Origin: an uncultured bacterium
GTDB lineage: Bacteria; Omnitrophota; Omnitrophia; Omnitrophales; Aquincolibacteriaceae
Assembly: GCA_964482725.1 (NCBI GenBank)
Contig: CAYZYT010000001.1
Span: 270,912 to 334,911 of the forward strand
DNA: 64,000 bases
Direction of reading: 5' to 3'
The notes below the pieces were generated by a model. The model was not told the DNA's origin, did no database searches, and saw only the letters and a program-made list of their open reading frames with translations. The translations under genes were made by a program, and so were the position numbers. Positions 19,343-29,300 of this stretch are shown here, in pieces; position 1 is the stretch's first letter; each line of letters begins with the position of its first letter.

Positions 19343-20761
19343 TTAGAACTCCATTCTTTTTGTTAAGAGGCCTTCGATCTTGTTGTTCGTGTAGGTGTAA
19401 TTCGTGATGCTGGAAAGCGCGTGGTAATATTCGTAAGAGATCGTAAAAACGATATCCTTGAAGGGTTTGGGAAGGATCTTTCCGACCAGAAGCGTCTCGA
19501 GTGGCGCGCCATACGTCCCGCGGTACCGGACCGTGTTGTCGTGACGGTGCATGCTGGAGACGGAAAATTCCGGCGATTGATACCGGTCAAAATACGCACT
19601 CAGCGTGTTGATCACGAACTGGCCCTTCGGCCAGATCCAGGTATGGGTATTGTTCAGGCTGATACGGTCGTAAGCATAGTAATTCTGCTTGGCGAGTTTT
19701 TCCGAATAACCGATGTTCGAGCTCCATCGCATGGTCGGGCTCAACATGTAATTGGCCCCCCACACGTGATCGAACTCCGGACCTTTGCGGTTATAAGAAT
19801 CCGTGTTCTCCGAGACATTCATAAAATCCTGACGCTCGATCCTGAAATCATAGAACACATTGAGTTTTTTGGTAAGATCGCGGTCGAAAAGGAAATTCCC
19901 GCCCTGGCTCCTGAGAAAACTCTGGTCGGACAGGAACAGGTAAGTGTAAAAATACGACGGCGTAAAATTGATGTACTTGCCTTTATACGTCCCGCCGAGC
20001 TCGAACTGGAAAGAACCGAGGTTCAGGGAATGCACATTCGTTTGTTGCTGGAGATAGTGAGTAAAATTCCCGAAAAGGCTGTGCCCGGCCTGAAAACCGA
20101 GATCATGCGTGACATCCAGGCTTGCCACATTCAGAAAGTGAGTATCCGCCCGTCTGACATTCGACCCCTGAGTATCAAGCGCCGTATCAAAGAACAGCTG
20201 CTGTTTGGAATGCGGTGAGGCATTGCGGTTCGTGTCATACCCCCAGCCGGCGCTTTCACGAAGAGTGTAGTGGGTACGCCGCTTCTGGTACTGAATTTTC
20301 TTCTGATAAAAATCGACTTCCCGCTTGATCTCGGGAGGCAGGGCCAGGGTCTTCAGGACATTGAGTTCTTTTTGCACTTCGTTGAGGCTGTCCAAACGAT
20401 ACAGGACCACGGCATACAGCAGCCGGACATCGATCAGGTTCGGATTGATAAGCAGGATCCGTTCCAAGGTCGAAGAGGCGCCGAGCAGTTCGTTCTTCGA
20501 GATCTGATTTTGGGCATAACGAAAATTAAGCTCAATATTATCAGGATCCTTGAGGACATCCTGATAAGTAACGCCGGTCCTGAGCTGATCCGCTTTTTCC
20601 TTTTCCTGGGATTTATCAGCCGTCTTGGCGATCTGGTTCACCCCTCGAGTCTCCCGGCGAACGTTTTGAACCTCATTGGTGACATCTTCGGAAAAACCGG
20701 AAGGGATCGCTGGAAAAACAAAAACCGCAAGGACAAAACAGGCGAGGATCTTGAATTTCAT
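19343..20761 (-). CDS. outer-membrane protein: N-terminal TPR-like region + C-terminal beta-barrel (Slam/DUF560-like architecture)
   Basis: Signal peptide, TPR-like helical N-terminal ~150 aa, alternating-hydrophobic beta strands, C-terminal Phe (…TKRMEF). First gene of 3-gene minus-strand operon. Confidence 0.55.
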   Translation of the reverse strand: MKFKILACFVLAVFVFPAIPSGFSEDVTNEVQNVRRETRGVNQIAKTADKSQEKEKADQLRTGVTYQDVLKDPDNIELNFRYAQNQISKNELLGASSTLERILLINPNLIDVRLLYAVVLYRLDSLNEVQKELNVLKTLALPPEIKREVDFYQKKIQYQKRRTHYTLRESAGWGYDTNRNASPHSKQQLFFDTALDTQGSNVRRADTHFLNVASLDVTHDLGFQAGHSLFGNFTHYLQQQTNVHSLNLGSFQFELGGTYKGKYINFTPSYFYTYLFLSDQSFLRSQGGNFLFDRDLTKKLNVFYDFRIERQDFMNVSENTDSYNRKGPEFDHVWGANYMLSPTMRWSSNIGYSEKLAKQNYYAYDRISLNNTHTWIWPKGQFVINTLSAYFDRYQSPEFSVSSMHRHDNTVRYRGTYGAPLETLLVGKILPKPFKDIVFTISYEYYHALSSITNYTYTNNKIEGLLTKRMEF

Positions 20762-20873
20762 GAGAGACGGAGTCCCCTTTCTTTATAGGACGTTGAGGCT
20801 CGGCACCTGGAAAACGGGCTACAATTTGCGGTAGTTTACCCCCGTCGCCTCAGAAAAGCAAATCACAAAAAAC

Positions 20874-20960
20874 GGACTAGGGACCCGAGACTGGAGACCA
20901 GAGTCAAAACAAAATCAACCCAAAGCATCATTTTGTCTGTAGTCTCTGGTCTGTGGTCTC
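20874..20960. repeat. second inverted heptad-array element (GAGACNN)x~4 ... (TNGTCTS)x4
   Basis: cggacta gggaccc gagactg gagacca ... ttgtctg tagtctc tggtctg tggtctc. Same architecture as 4011-4092. Intergenic between OMP gene and helicase gene. Confidence 0.55.
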
Positions 20961-21029
20961 GTTGGCAGCATGATCCACATCCTCGCAATTTAAGACATTC
21001 GTTCCTGAAAAATCCGTTATAATGCCCTT

Positions 21030-22997
21030 ATGTCATTCCAATTGGATCCGTTCCAGATCGAAGCCATCGCATGGATCGAAAAAGAACATTCCCTTCTCGT
21101 TTCCGCACCCACAGGTTCCGGGAAAACACTCATTGCCGAAAAAGCCGTTGAGAAAGCCCTCTCCCGAGGCGAGCAGGTCATCTACACCGCCCCGATCAAA
21201 GCCCTGAGCAATCAGAAGTTCCGCGATTTCCAGGTGCATTTCGGTAAAGAAACGGTCGGCATCCTGACCGGGGACGTCTCGATCAATTCCGGAGCGCCGC
21301 TCCTCATTATGACAACGGAGATCTACCGGAATTGCCTTTTTGAGAACGCGGAGCGCATCCAAAAGATCGGCTGGGTCATTTTTGACGAAGTCCATTATCT
21401 GGATGACCCGCAACGAGGCACGGTCTGGGAAGAGGCGCTCCTTTTCACACCCCCGGAGATTCGCATCCTCGCGCTCTCCGCCACGATCCCGAACGTCCAG
21501 GAACTCGCGGCCTGGATCCGGCAGATCCACCAGCGCCCGATCGCCGTGATCGAAGAGACGCATCGCCCCGTTCCGCTCCATTTTCTTTTTCAATGCCAGG
21601 GCAAGATCCTCACGAATACAAAATCGCTTCGCAAGGAGGGCTACCTCCAGCGCGACAATTGGCAGCTTTCCATGCGGGAAAAGCGCCGCGGTTGGCAGCC
21701 CCCCCGCGCGCGGCCGAATCGCCTGCATGACATGATCCAGCACTTGATCAACGAAGATCAACTCCCGGCCATTTATTTCGCCTTCGGACGAAAACGCACG
21801 GCCCAGCTTGCCTGGGAAGTCGCCCATTTCGATTTTTTGAGAGATGCGGAACGCCGAGAGGTCCGGACGCTTTATGATGAACTTTTGGCGCGTTACGACC
21901 TGGCCGGGGACAAAACCGCCGAAGAGATACGCCCGCTCATTGAGCAAGGCATCGCCTACCATCATGCCGGCATGCTCCCAACGCTCAAGGAAGTCATCGA
22001 AAGACTTTTCACAAGCCGCTTGCTCAAGCTCATCTTCACGACCGAAACCTTCGCGCTGGGGATCAACATGCCGGCGCGCACGGTTGTCTTCGATGAGCTG
22101 GAAAAATTCTACGGGACAGGATTTAAACCGCTCACCACACGGGACTTTTTCCAGATGGCCGGACGTGCGGGACGCCGCGGCATGGATCCTGAAGGATTCG
22201 CCTACTGCCGTATCCATCCGAACGATATCGCCTTCCCGGAAGTGGAGCGCATCCTTTACGGAAAGCCGGAACCTGTGCGCAGTCAGCTAAACGCCACCTA
22301 CGCAACACTCCTGAACCTTTACAAGATGCTCGGGCACCGGCTCCTTGAGATCTATCCCCGGTCCTTCCATTTCTTTCAGTCCTCCAAACGAAAACGCGAT
22401 GAAGGGCTCGACTTATTGAAGAACAAACTGGCACTTCTGCAGGAGATGGGTTACATCACGGACCAAGGAACGACTGAGACCCAAGGCGTGCTCACGGTCA
22501 AAGGAGAATTTGCGGCCTCGATCTTTGGATTTGAGTTGCTTCTTACGGAAATGTATACCGATGGCGCGCTCGAGCAACTGGACGAAGCGAAATTGAACGT
22601 CTTCCTGGCGGGGCTGATCTTTGAACCCCGGAAAAATGACGAAGCCCCGCGGCTCGGGAAAGACCACGGGGAGTTACTTAAAATGACACAGCATTATCAC
22701 CGGATGATCTTTAAGTGGGAATCCAATTTCCGCGTCACGCCTCACACCAAGCCTCCCTATTTCCATCTCGCCCGCCCCATCGAAGCCTGGACGCAGGGCA
22801 AGGATTTTGATCATATCTGCAAACTCACCTCGGAAGACGAAGGGAGCCTGGTGCGTTATATCCGGATGGTGATCCAATTGTTGCGGGAGATCGCGAACGC
22901 GCCGCACGCGTCCGAAGGGCTCAAAGCGAAAGCTCGACGCGCACGGGGGATGATCGATCGGGATGTGGTGGACGCGGAAAAACAGCTGCGGGTCTAG
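21030..22997 (+). CDS. DEAD/DEAH-box superfamily-2 helicase, Ski2-like (HelY-type)
   Basis: Motif I APTGSGKT, motif II FDEVHY, motif III SAT, motif VI QMAGRAGRRG. C-terminal alpha-helical extension. TATAAT ends 6 nt before ATG. Confidence 0.8.
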   Translation: MSFQLDPFQIEAIAWIEKEHSLLVSAPTGSGKTLIAEKAVEKALSRGEQVIYTAPIKALSNQKFRDFQVHFGKETVGILTGDVSINSGAPLLIMTTEIYRNCLFENAERIQKIGWVIFDEVHYLDDPQRGTVWEEALLFTPPEIRILALSATIPNVQELAAWIRQIHQRPIAVIEETHRPVPLHFLFQCQGKILTNTKSLRKEGYLQRDNWQLSMREKRRGWQPPRARPNRLHDMIQHLINEDQLPAIYFAFGRKRTAQLAWEVAHFDFLRDAERREVRTLYDELLARYDLAGDKTAEEIRPLIEQGIAYHHAGMLPTLKEVIERLFTSRLLKLIFTTETFALGINMPARTVVFDELEKFYGTGFKPLTTRDFFQMAGRAGRRGMDPEGFAYCRIHPNDIAFPEVERILYGKPEPVRSQLNATYATLLNLYKMLGHRLLEIYPRSFHFFQSSKRKRDEGLDLLKNKLALLQEMGYITDQGTTETQGVLTVKGEFAASIFGFELLLTEMYTDGALEQLDEAKLNVFLAGLIFEPRKNDEAPRLGKDHGELLKMTQHYHRMIFKWESNFRVTPHTKPPYFHLARPIEAWTQGKDFDHICKLTSEDEGSLVRYIRMVIQLLREIANAPHASEGLKAKARRARGMIDRDVVDAEKQLRV

Positions 22998-23004
22998 CCC
23001 TACA

Positions 23005-23760
23005 TTACATCATGCCCTTTAAAAGATCGTCTATCTTTTCCAAAAGATCATTTTCGTTGCGATGGAGGATGATCCGTTCCCCTGAAAAAGTTTTTAGAGC
23101 CTCCCCGGAAAGTCTCTCTTCGCAGTAAACAAAAAAAGACACCTCGCTAAGCAAGGGGTGCCCCTCAAGTTTCTCTTTGAGTTTCCGAGCGTCGACAAGG
23201 CTTTCATCCTCCCAGAATTGGCAAAAAACATGGGCGGCATTGAGCTGCTTTGTTAGATGAAAGGCATCGTCCTCGTTCAGAGCGACAAAGGCCTGAAAAC
23301 CACGCTCTTGGATCGCCGTTTGGATCTTACTGAGGAGATCCTCCTGAACGCCAAGGATCACCACGCGCTTGGAACCATCCGGGTTCTGCTCCGCACTTTT
23401 CCACAAGAGCCTTTCTATTTTAGAGAGTAAGGCCTTAATCTCGTACGGTTTCGGCATGAACTCCACACTATTAAGATCCGTAAAAAATTCCCGCATACTC
23501 GCTTTTGCTGACATAGCAAGCACCGGAATCTTCCGTAAGGCTTCAATCTCGCGGATCTTTTGAAGGGCTTCATAGCCGGTCATTTTCGGCATCATCACAT
23601 CCATCACAATAAGATCCGGTTTTTGGGATTGGGCCATGGCCAACGCCTCGGCTCCATCCTGGGCCGTACAAACCTCATAGCCAGACGCCGAGAGTTGCTT
23701 GGTCAGTAGCGCCACAACGGTCGGGCTATCATCTACAACAAGGATCTTTCTAGCAGGCAT
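23005..23760 (-). CDS. response-regulator receiver (REC) protein with C-terminal degenerate pseudo-receiver-like domain, paralog 1 of 4
   Basis: REC motifs KILVVDDSP...DLIVMDVMMPKMTGYE...IPVLAMSAK. C-terminal ~125 aa with conserved CQFWED / YCEERL. Start taken at MPARKILVVDD by analogy with paralogs. Confidence 0.75.
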   Translation of the reverse strand: MPARKILVVDDSPTVVALLTKQLSASGYEVCTAQDGAEALAMAQSQKPDLIVMDVMMPKMTGYEALQKIREIEALRKIPVLAMSAKASMREFFTDLNSVEFMPKPYEIKALLSKIERLLWKSAEQNPDGSKRVVILGVQEDLLSKIQTAIQERGFQAFVALNEDDAFHLTKQLNAAHVFCQFWEDESLVDARKLKEKLEGHPLLSEVSFFVYCEERLSGEALKTFSGERIILHRNENDLLEKIDDLLKGMM

Positions 23761-23846
23761 GATCTTGTCAGCTCCTTTTTCATCATTCACTTAAAAGCAT
23801 CCACTCGACATGGGACCCTCGCGGACAAACAGCGGCAGGCCTAACA

Positions 23847-24599
23847 TTATTTTTCTTTAAAAAGCTCGCCTATCTTCTTCAAAAGATCCGCTTCATTGCG
23901 ATGAGACACAACCTGATCCTCCGTAAAAGTTTTTAGAACCTCTCCGAAAAGTCTCTCTTCGCAGTAAACAAAAAAAGATACCTCGCTAAGCAAGGGGTGC
24001 CCCTCAAGTTTCTCTTTGAGTTTCCGAGCGTCGACAATACTCTCATCCTCCCAGAATTGGCAAAAAACATGGGCGGCATTGAGCTGCTTTGTGAGATGAA
24101 AGGCATCCTCCTCATTCAGCGCCTTAAAAGTCTGGAACCCAAGCGCATTGACCAACATTTGAAGTTTATTGGTAAGAGCCTCCTGGACGCCAAGAAACAC
24201 CACTCTCCTAGAACCATCCGGATCCCTCTTTTCGCTCTCCCAAAGAAGCCTTTCGATCCTGGCGAGCAAGGTCCGGATCTCATACGGCTTCAGCATGAAC
24301 TCTACGCCGTTAAGGTCCGTGAAAAAAGCCCCCATGTTCTTATTGGCGGAGAGGATGATCGCAGGAATTTTTCGAAGCTCCTCCGCATCGCGCACTTTCT
24401 GAAGGACTTCATAACCGGTCATTTTCGGCATCATGACATCCATCACGATAAGATCCGGTTTTTGAGCTCTCACTGCGCCCAAAGCCTCGGCTCCGCCCGC
24501 GGCCGTACAAACCTCGTAACCCGACGCCATGAGCTGTTGGGTCAGGGTAGCTACAATCGTCGGGCTATCATCCACGACAAGGATCTTTTTAGAAGGCAT
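23847..24599 (-). CDS. REC + pseudo-receiver protein, paralog 2 of 4
   Basis: Same architecture. DNA 23941-24120 is ~95% identical to 23101-23280 (offset 840 bp). Confidence 0.75.
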   Translation of the reverse strand: MPSKKILVVDDSPTIVATLTQQLMASGYEVCTAAGGAEALGAVRAQKPDLIVMDVMMPKMTGYEVLQKVRDAEELRKIPAIILSANKNMGAFFTDLNGVEFMLKPYEIRTLLARIERLLWESEKRDPDGSRRVVFLGVQEALTNKLQMLVNALGFQTFKALNEEDAFHLTKQLNAAHVFCQFWEDESIVDARKLKEKLEGHPLLSEVSFFVYCEERLFGEVLKTFTEDQVVSHRNEADLLKKIGELFKEK

Positions 24600-24688
24600 G
24601 TCTTTAAAAACTCCTCATGAATCATTACTTCGAACGGCTTGGTCAGAAGGGGGTCGACGCGAAAAAACAGCTGCGGCCTAGTACCGTG

Positions 24689-25441
24689 TTACATTTCCTT
24701 AAAAAGGTCGGCAAGCTTTTCCAAAAGCTCGTTCTCATCACTGTAAATAATGACCCGTCCGTCTGCAAAAGTCTTCCGAGCCTCGCCGGAAAGCCTCTCT
24801 TCGCAATAAACATAAAAGGGTACTTCGCTAAGCAACGGGTGCCCTCCGAGCTTTTCTTTGAGTTTGTGAACATCGCCCCCTCCCGCATCCTCGCAGAATT
24901 GGCACAAGATATTCCCGGGATTCAGCTGCTGCGCCAGATGGAAGGCATCCTCCCCGTTCAGCGCAATAAAAGCCTGAAAACCAAGCCCCTGGATCGCCAT
25001 CTGGAGCCTTTGGGTAAGAGCCTCTTGGCCCCCAAAAAGCACCACTCGCTTGTAACCATCCGGGCTCTGCTCCTCGCTTTCCCAAAGAAGCCTTTCTATC
25101 CTGGAGAGTAAGATCCGGGTCTCATACGGCTTCGGCACAAACTCTACGCCATGAAGGTCCGTGAAAAATTCTCGCATACTCGGCTTTGCTGAAATAATAA
25201 TCGCGGGAATTTTCCGAAACGCATCCGTTTCTCGGATCTTTTGGAGCGCTAGATAGCCGGTCATTTTCGGCATCATCACATCCATCACAATAAGATCCGG
25301 CTTCTGCGACTGCACCATCACCAAGGCCTCGGCTCCATCCACGGCCGTACAAACCTCGTAGCCGGACGCAGTCAGCCGCTTGCCAAGGATCGCCACAAGA
25401 TTCGGATCATCATCCACCAGAAGGATCTTTTTGGATGCCAT
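24689..25441 (-). CDS. REC + pseudo-receiver protein, paralog 3 of 4
   Basis: MASKKILLVDDDP...DLIVMDVMMPKMTGY; C-terminal CQFCED...YCEERL. Confidence 0.75.
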   Translation of the reverse strand: MASKKILLVDDDPNLVAILGKRLTASGYEVCTAVDGAEALVMVQSQKPDLIVMDVMMPKMTGYLALQKIRETDAFRKIPAIIISAKPSMREFFTDLHGVEFVPKPYETRILLSRIERLLWESEEQSPDGYKRVVLFGGQEALTQRLQMAIQGLGFQAFIALNGEDAFHLAQQLNPGNILCQFCEDAGGGDVHKLKEKLGGHPLLSEVPFYVYCEERLSGEARKTFADGRVIIYSDENELLEKLADLFKEM

Positions 25442-25460
25442 GCCTATTTAAAACTCCGCT

Positions 25461-26213
25461 TCATGACTCCTTTAAAAACTCGCTTATCTTATTTAAGAGC
25501 TCTTCCTTGTCGCGATACATAATGATCCGCCCCTCCACAAAAGATTTGCGAGCTTCAACCACGATTCTCTCTTCGCAATAAACATAAAGAGGCACCTGTT
25601 TTAGCAGAGGATGGGTCGCCAGTTTTCCTTTGAGCTTTTGGGCGCTCAGGATGCTTTCATCCTCCCAGAACTGGCACAAGATATTCCCGGGGGTCACCTG
25701 CTGCGCCAGCTGGACAGCATCCTCCTCGTTCAGTGCGATAAAAACCTGAAAACCGAGCGAACGGGCCAGCATTTGGATCTTATTGGTAAGAACCTCCTGG
25801 ACTCCCAAAAGCACCATCCGTTTTGAACCATCCGGATTCTGCGTTTCGCTTTCCCACAGAAGCCTTTCCACCTTGGACAGAAGTACCCGAGGATCATACG
25901 GTTTGGGGACAAAATCAATAAAGGGACGGTCCTTAAAAAATTCCCGCATACTTCCTTTGGCTGAAATAATGATCACCGGGATCTTCCGCCATTCATCCCG
26001 CTTGCGGATCATTTCAAGGACCTCATAGCCGGTCATCTTCGGCATAAGGACATCCAGAATAATAAGGGCGGGCTTTTCCGATCCCATCTTCGCGAGAGCT
26101 TCTTCCCCGTTCATGGCGGTGGAAACCTCATACCCGGAAGACATGAGTCGCTGTGCCAGGACGGCCACGATATCCGGGTCATCATCCACTACGAGGATCT
26201 TTCTAGATCGCAT
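25461..26213 (-). CDS. REC + pseudo-receiver protein, paralog 4 of 4
   Basis: MRSRKILVVDDDP...LIILDVLMPKMTGYE; C-terminal CQFWEDES...YCEERI. Confidence 0.75.
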   Translation of the reverse strand: MRSRKILVVDDDPDIVAVLAQRLMSSGYEVSTAMNGEEALAKMGSEKPALIILDVLMPKMTGYEVLEMIRKRDEWRKIPVIIISAKGSMREFFKDRPFIDFVPKPYDPRVLLSKVERLLWESETQNPDGSKRMVLLGVQEVLTNKIQMLARSLGFQVFIALNEEDAVQLAQQVTPGNILCQFWEDESILSAQKLKGKLATHPLLKQVPLYVYCEERIVVEARKSFVEGRIIMYRDKEELLNKISEFLKES

Positions 26214-26263
26214 GTTTTTCTAAAACTCCGTTTTCACTTCCCCCAGGAAAATACAATGAAATC

Positions 26264-26293
26264 ATAATAAGCGTACTTGGTCTATTTTACAAG
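26264..26293 (-). promoter_or_regulatory. candidate sigma70-type promoter (minus strand) TTGTAA-N17-TATTAT upstream of REC paralog 4
   Basis: Read on reverse complement of 26264-26293 in the 113-bp gap between the AddB-like gene and the REC array. Confidence 0.3.
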
Positions 26294-26326
26294 CGACTGT
26301 TTCTCCCCTTTCACTCGATCTGTTTC

Positions 26327-29300
26327 TCAGCACTCCCCCAAGCCTTCTTTCTCATCCTCCTGGCGTATTTTCTCCAGAAAGATCGGCAACTTCCATTTCT
26401 CAACACGGCACACGGTATCATAAGGGCAAAAACTTTCGCAATCCCGCGGCCGCACGGGGATCTCGGCGGATGCGATGGCTTTCATAAACTTTTGAACGAA
26501 CGCGACCGCCCGCCCCAAAACCTTTTGGAACACTTCGTCCGGGAGCTGAGACCGGGAAGAAAACTCTTTTTCAAACGTCTCCGCGATCCCTTCGCAATAA
26601 AAACCACTCCGCTTATGGTCTCGGATGGAATAGATCTCAGCACCAAGAGGCGCAAGGCCCAGATGCTTTTGAACCGCCAGAAGATAAAGCGGTAGCTGGA
26701 GCGCAGTGCCCAGATTAAGGTTGGACGCCTTGAACTGCGCCGAGCGTTTGTAATCGATCACCACAGCGAACTTCTTCTCCGCATCTGTATCGATCCGGTC
26801 CACGCGGCCCCGTAGCCGGATCCTTTTGCCTTCGCTCTCGATCTCGAACGCCGGCCGATCCTTGTCCCCGAAGGGATACTCCACGTAGCACGGCTTAAAA
26901 GATGAGTGTTTCAGTCGCTCCGCCTCATAGCTCATAAAATCCAAAAGCATCTCGGAAAGCTCACGGCGATCCAAAGCCTCCTGGTAAGGCTCTGCCCATA
27001 ACATCGGATGCCGCTTGAAGCCTTCTTCCATTTCACGTTGAATGAATGCTTCGATCGACTCTTTCGGATCTTTCTTTCCCTTGGGGTCAAAATACTGCTG
27101 AAGCACATGGTGCAGGATGCTTCCTTTTTGCATCACGCGGATATCACCGCCCACCTCTTTCAATTTGAGAACTTTGTCAGAAAAATAGCGGAAAGGACAT
27201 TTGGCATAAGTCTCCAGGCGCGTCGGGCTTGTTTCCGGGATCTCGAAATATTTCCCTTTTAGGATCATATCATCCAGGATCCTCGCCTCGACAGGCTTCA
27301 GAGCGGAAAGAAGGCGCTGGCGACTTTGAGGATCTCCGGAAAGCTGGCCCAAAGCCTTTTTAAACGCCGGCCCTGGGCTTCCCGCGTTTCGAAGAGCTCC
27401 AACGACGGAGGCTTCCAATTCCCGGCGCGTGATCGCTTCCTCGATCTCTGGGAAAGGTCGCGAGAGGTCCTGACGCATCACAGGGACATGGCCCTCAAAA
27501 AGGTCTTTGACTTCTTCCAGATAGAACGAGGGCAGGGATTCTTTCCCTTCGAAATCAAGATGCGGGCAGCTTAAAAAAAGCTGCTCTTTCGCGCGTGTAA
27601 CCGCGACATAAAAAAAGAACCGCTCGATATCCTGCCGGGGCAGACATTCGGCAAGAGGATGTTCCCTGTCGCCATTCATCAATTTCCTCTCCCAATCCGA
27701 GAGCAGCGGATCTTCGCGAACCTGCATGGGAAAAACTTTTTCCAGGAGGCCTGCCACGAACACGACTTTGTATTCTTTCTGCCGGGCCAGCGAAACATCG
27801 TAGACCTGGACGCGGTTCTTGTCGCGCTCGTGAAGCGAATAAACGTCCAGTTCCACAAGGCCGAGGAAGTGATCGGCGAAACTGTCAAAAGAGATCTCCG
27901 GCGCTTTACCTTTCAGAAAATAACTTTGGATTTCATCGAGCAAAGCCTCGAATCGTTTGGCGCAGGCCGCATCCCTCCGCGTGAAAGAGGTGTAGCCGTC
28001 GCTTATCTCCAGGATCCCGAAAGTGTCGTACACCGCCCGTTTGAAGATCCGGACATGCTCTTCCGCCGTTTGGACTCTCCGGAACCGATCTTCAAGCTCT
28101 ATGAGAGCCTCCAGCGTTGCCGCCTTTTTCACATTAAAATCCGCCAAGCTTTCTCCATCTCCCCGCATCCAATCCGCCATCCACGCCTCGCGTGTTCCCG
28201 CCACGCCTTCCAGGAACGAACGCTGCTCAAACTCCGCGAGCCATGCTTCATCCTTGGCTCTATCTTTCCCAAGACGACGCGTGTAACCCGATTTCAGGAA
28301 AGCAAAAACGTCCTCCCGCTGCCAGGCATTCCTGAAAATAGAAAGCAGCGACGATGTCGCAGCGATCCAGGAAGAGAATTTTAAACGATCGCGTTCATGG
28401 ACCTCGGCAGGGATCCCGTAACGCGAAAAGACCGAAGCAATGACCGGCGCGTAATGCCGGATCTGGCGAAACAAGACCGCAAAATCACTATAGCGGTAAT
28501 CCCCGGTCGCATAGAGCTTGTGGATCTGCCGGGCGATCAGCTCGATCTCCCCTTCGGTCCCGATCGCGTCCAGCATCACGATGTCCTGCCCTATGGCCGG
28601 CACCGGGTTGCGGGATTTCTGAGAGAAAATATTTTTTTGGAGAAAAAGAAGTGATGTCTTTTCAGTGCGATAAGAATGCGCCTTCAGGGTCCGCGCTTTG
28701 AACCCGAGCTTTTCGAGATCCTTCTGTGTCTGGCTCACGGCTTCAAAAGCTTCTTCGCGCCCTTCTTCTTTGGTAAGCGTGATCGTGATGTTTTCTGTAA
28801 TCGCCGAAAGCTCCCGGAGGTATTCCAGCTGCAAATTCGAAAAATCAAAAAAACCGTCGATCCAGATCGCTTTGAATCGCATCCCCGGAGCCTCCGCCTT
28901 CTTTTTCTTCTCACGGAAGAGGCGCAGTGAATCCTGGCTGTCCCGAAGACCGTTCTTTTTCAGACGTGCTTCATATTGTTCATAAAAATCGGCAAGCGCT
29001 TCGTACTTCGCAACATAGGCTGGCTCAAAACCCTTGAGCGTGTTCATGCGTTTTCGAAAGACCTCGGAAGAAATGCAGGACTCCTTAAGCTCGGTGATAA
29101 ATTGCGCCATCAGCCCCAGGAATCCGGGTTGCTCATACACTTCCATGAAATAGTCCCATGCGTTCTCGCGGAGGAGGTCCCGGACGATCATCGTGCGCGT
29201 GAGGCTGGAAGCCACGGGGATATCGGCAACTCGGAAAAGATCTCCCGCAAGACGGGAAAGCGTCGTCACGCGTTTATGGAAAAATCCCTTGAGACCCCGC

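Noticed and set aside
19421-20218. 265-aa + ORF antisense to the TPR/beta-barrel OMP gene, and similar antisense ORFs (15507-16268, 23997-24620, 24617-25111, 27659-28384, 31623-32165, 32334-32996, 33104-33964, 38805-39827, 39910-40611, 42959-43894, 44999-45517, 56501-57118, 57597-58319)
   Set aside because: All lie entirely inside well-supported genes on the opposite strand, lack RBS and family resemblance, and show GC-skewed codon artefacts (Arg/His/Pro-rich).
21033-22217. 394-aa minus-strand ORF antisense to the Ski2-like helicase gene
   Set aside because: The overlapping helicase is strongly supported by motifs I-VI. The antisense ORF has no recognisable motifs and biased Arg/Asp/Gly composition.
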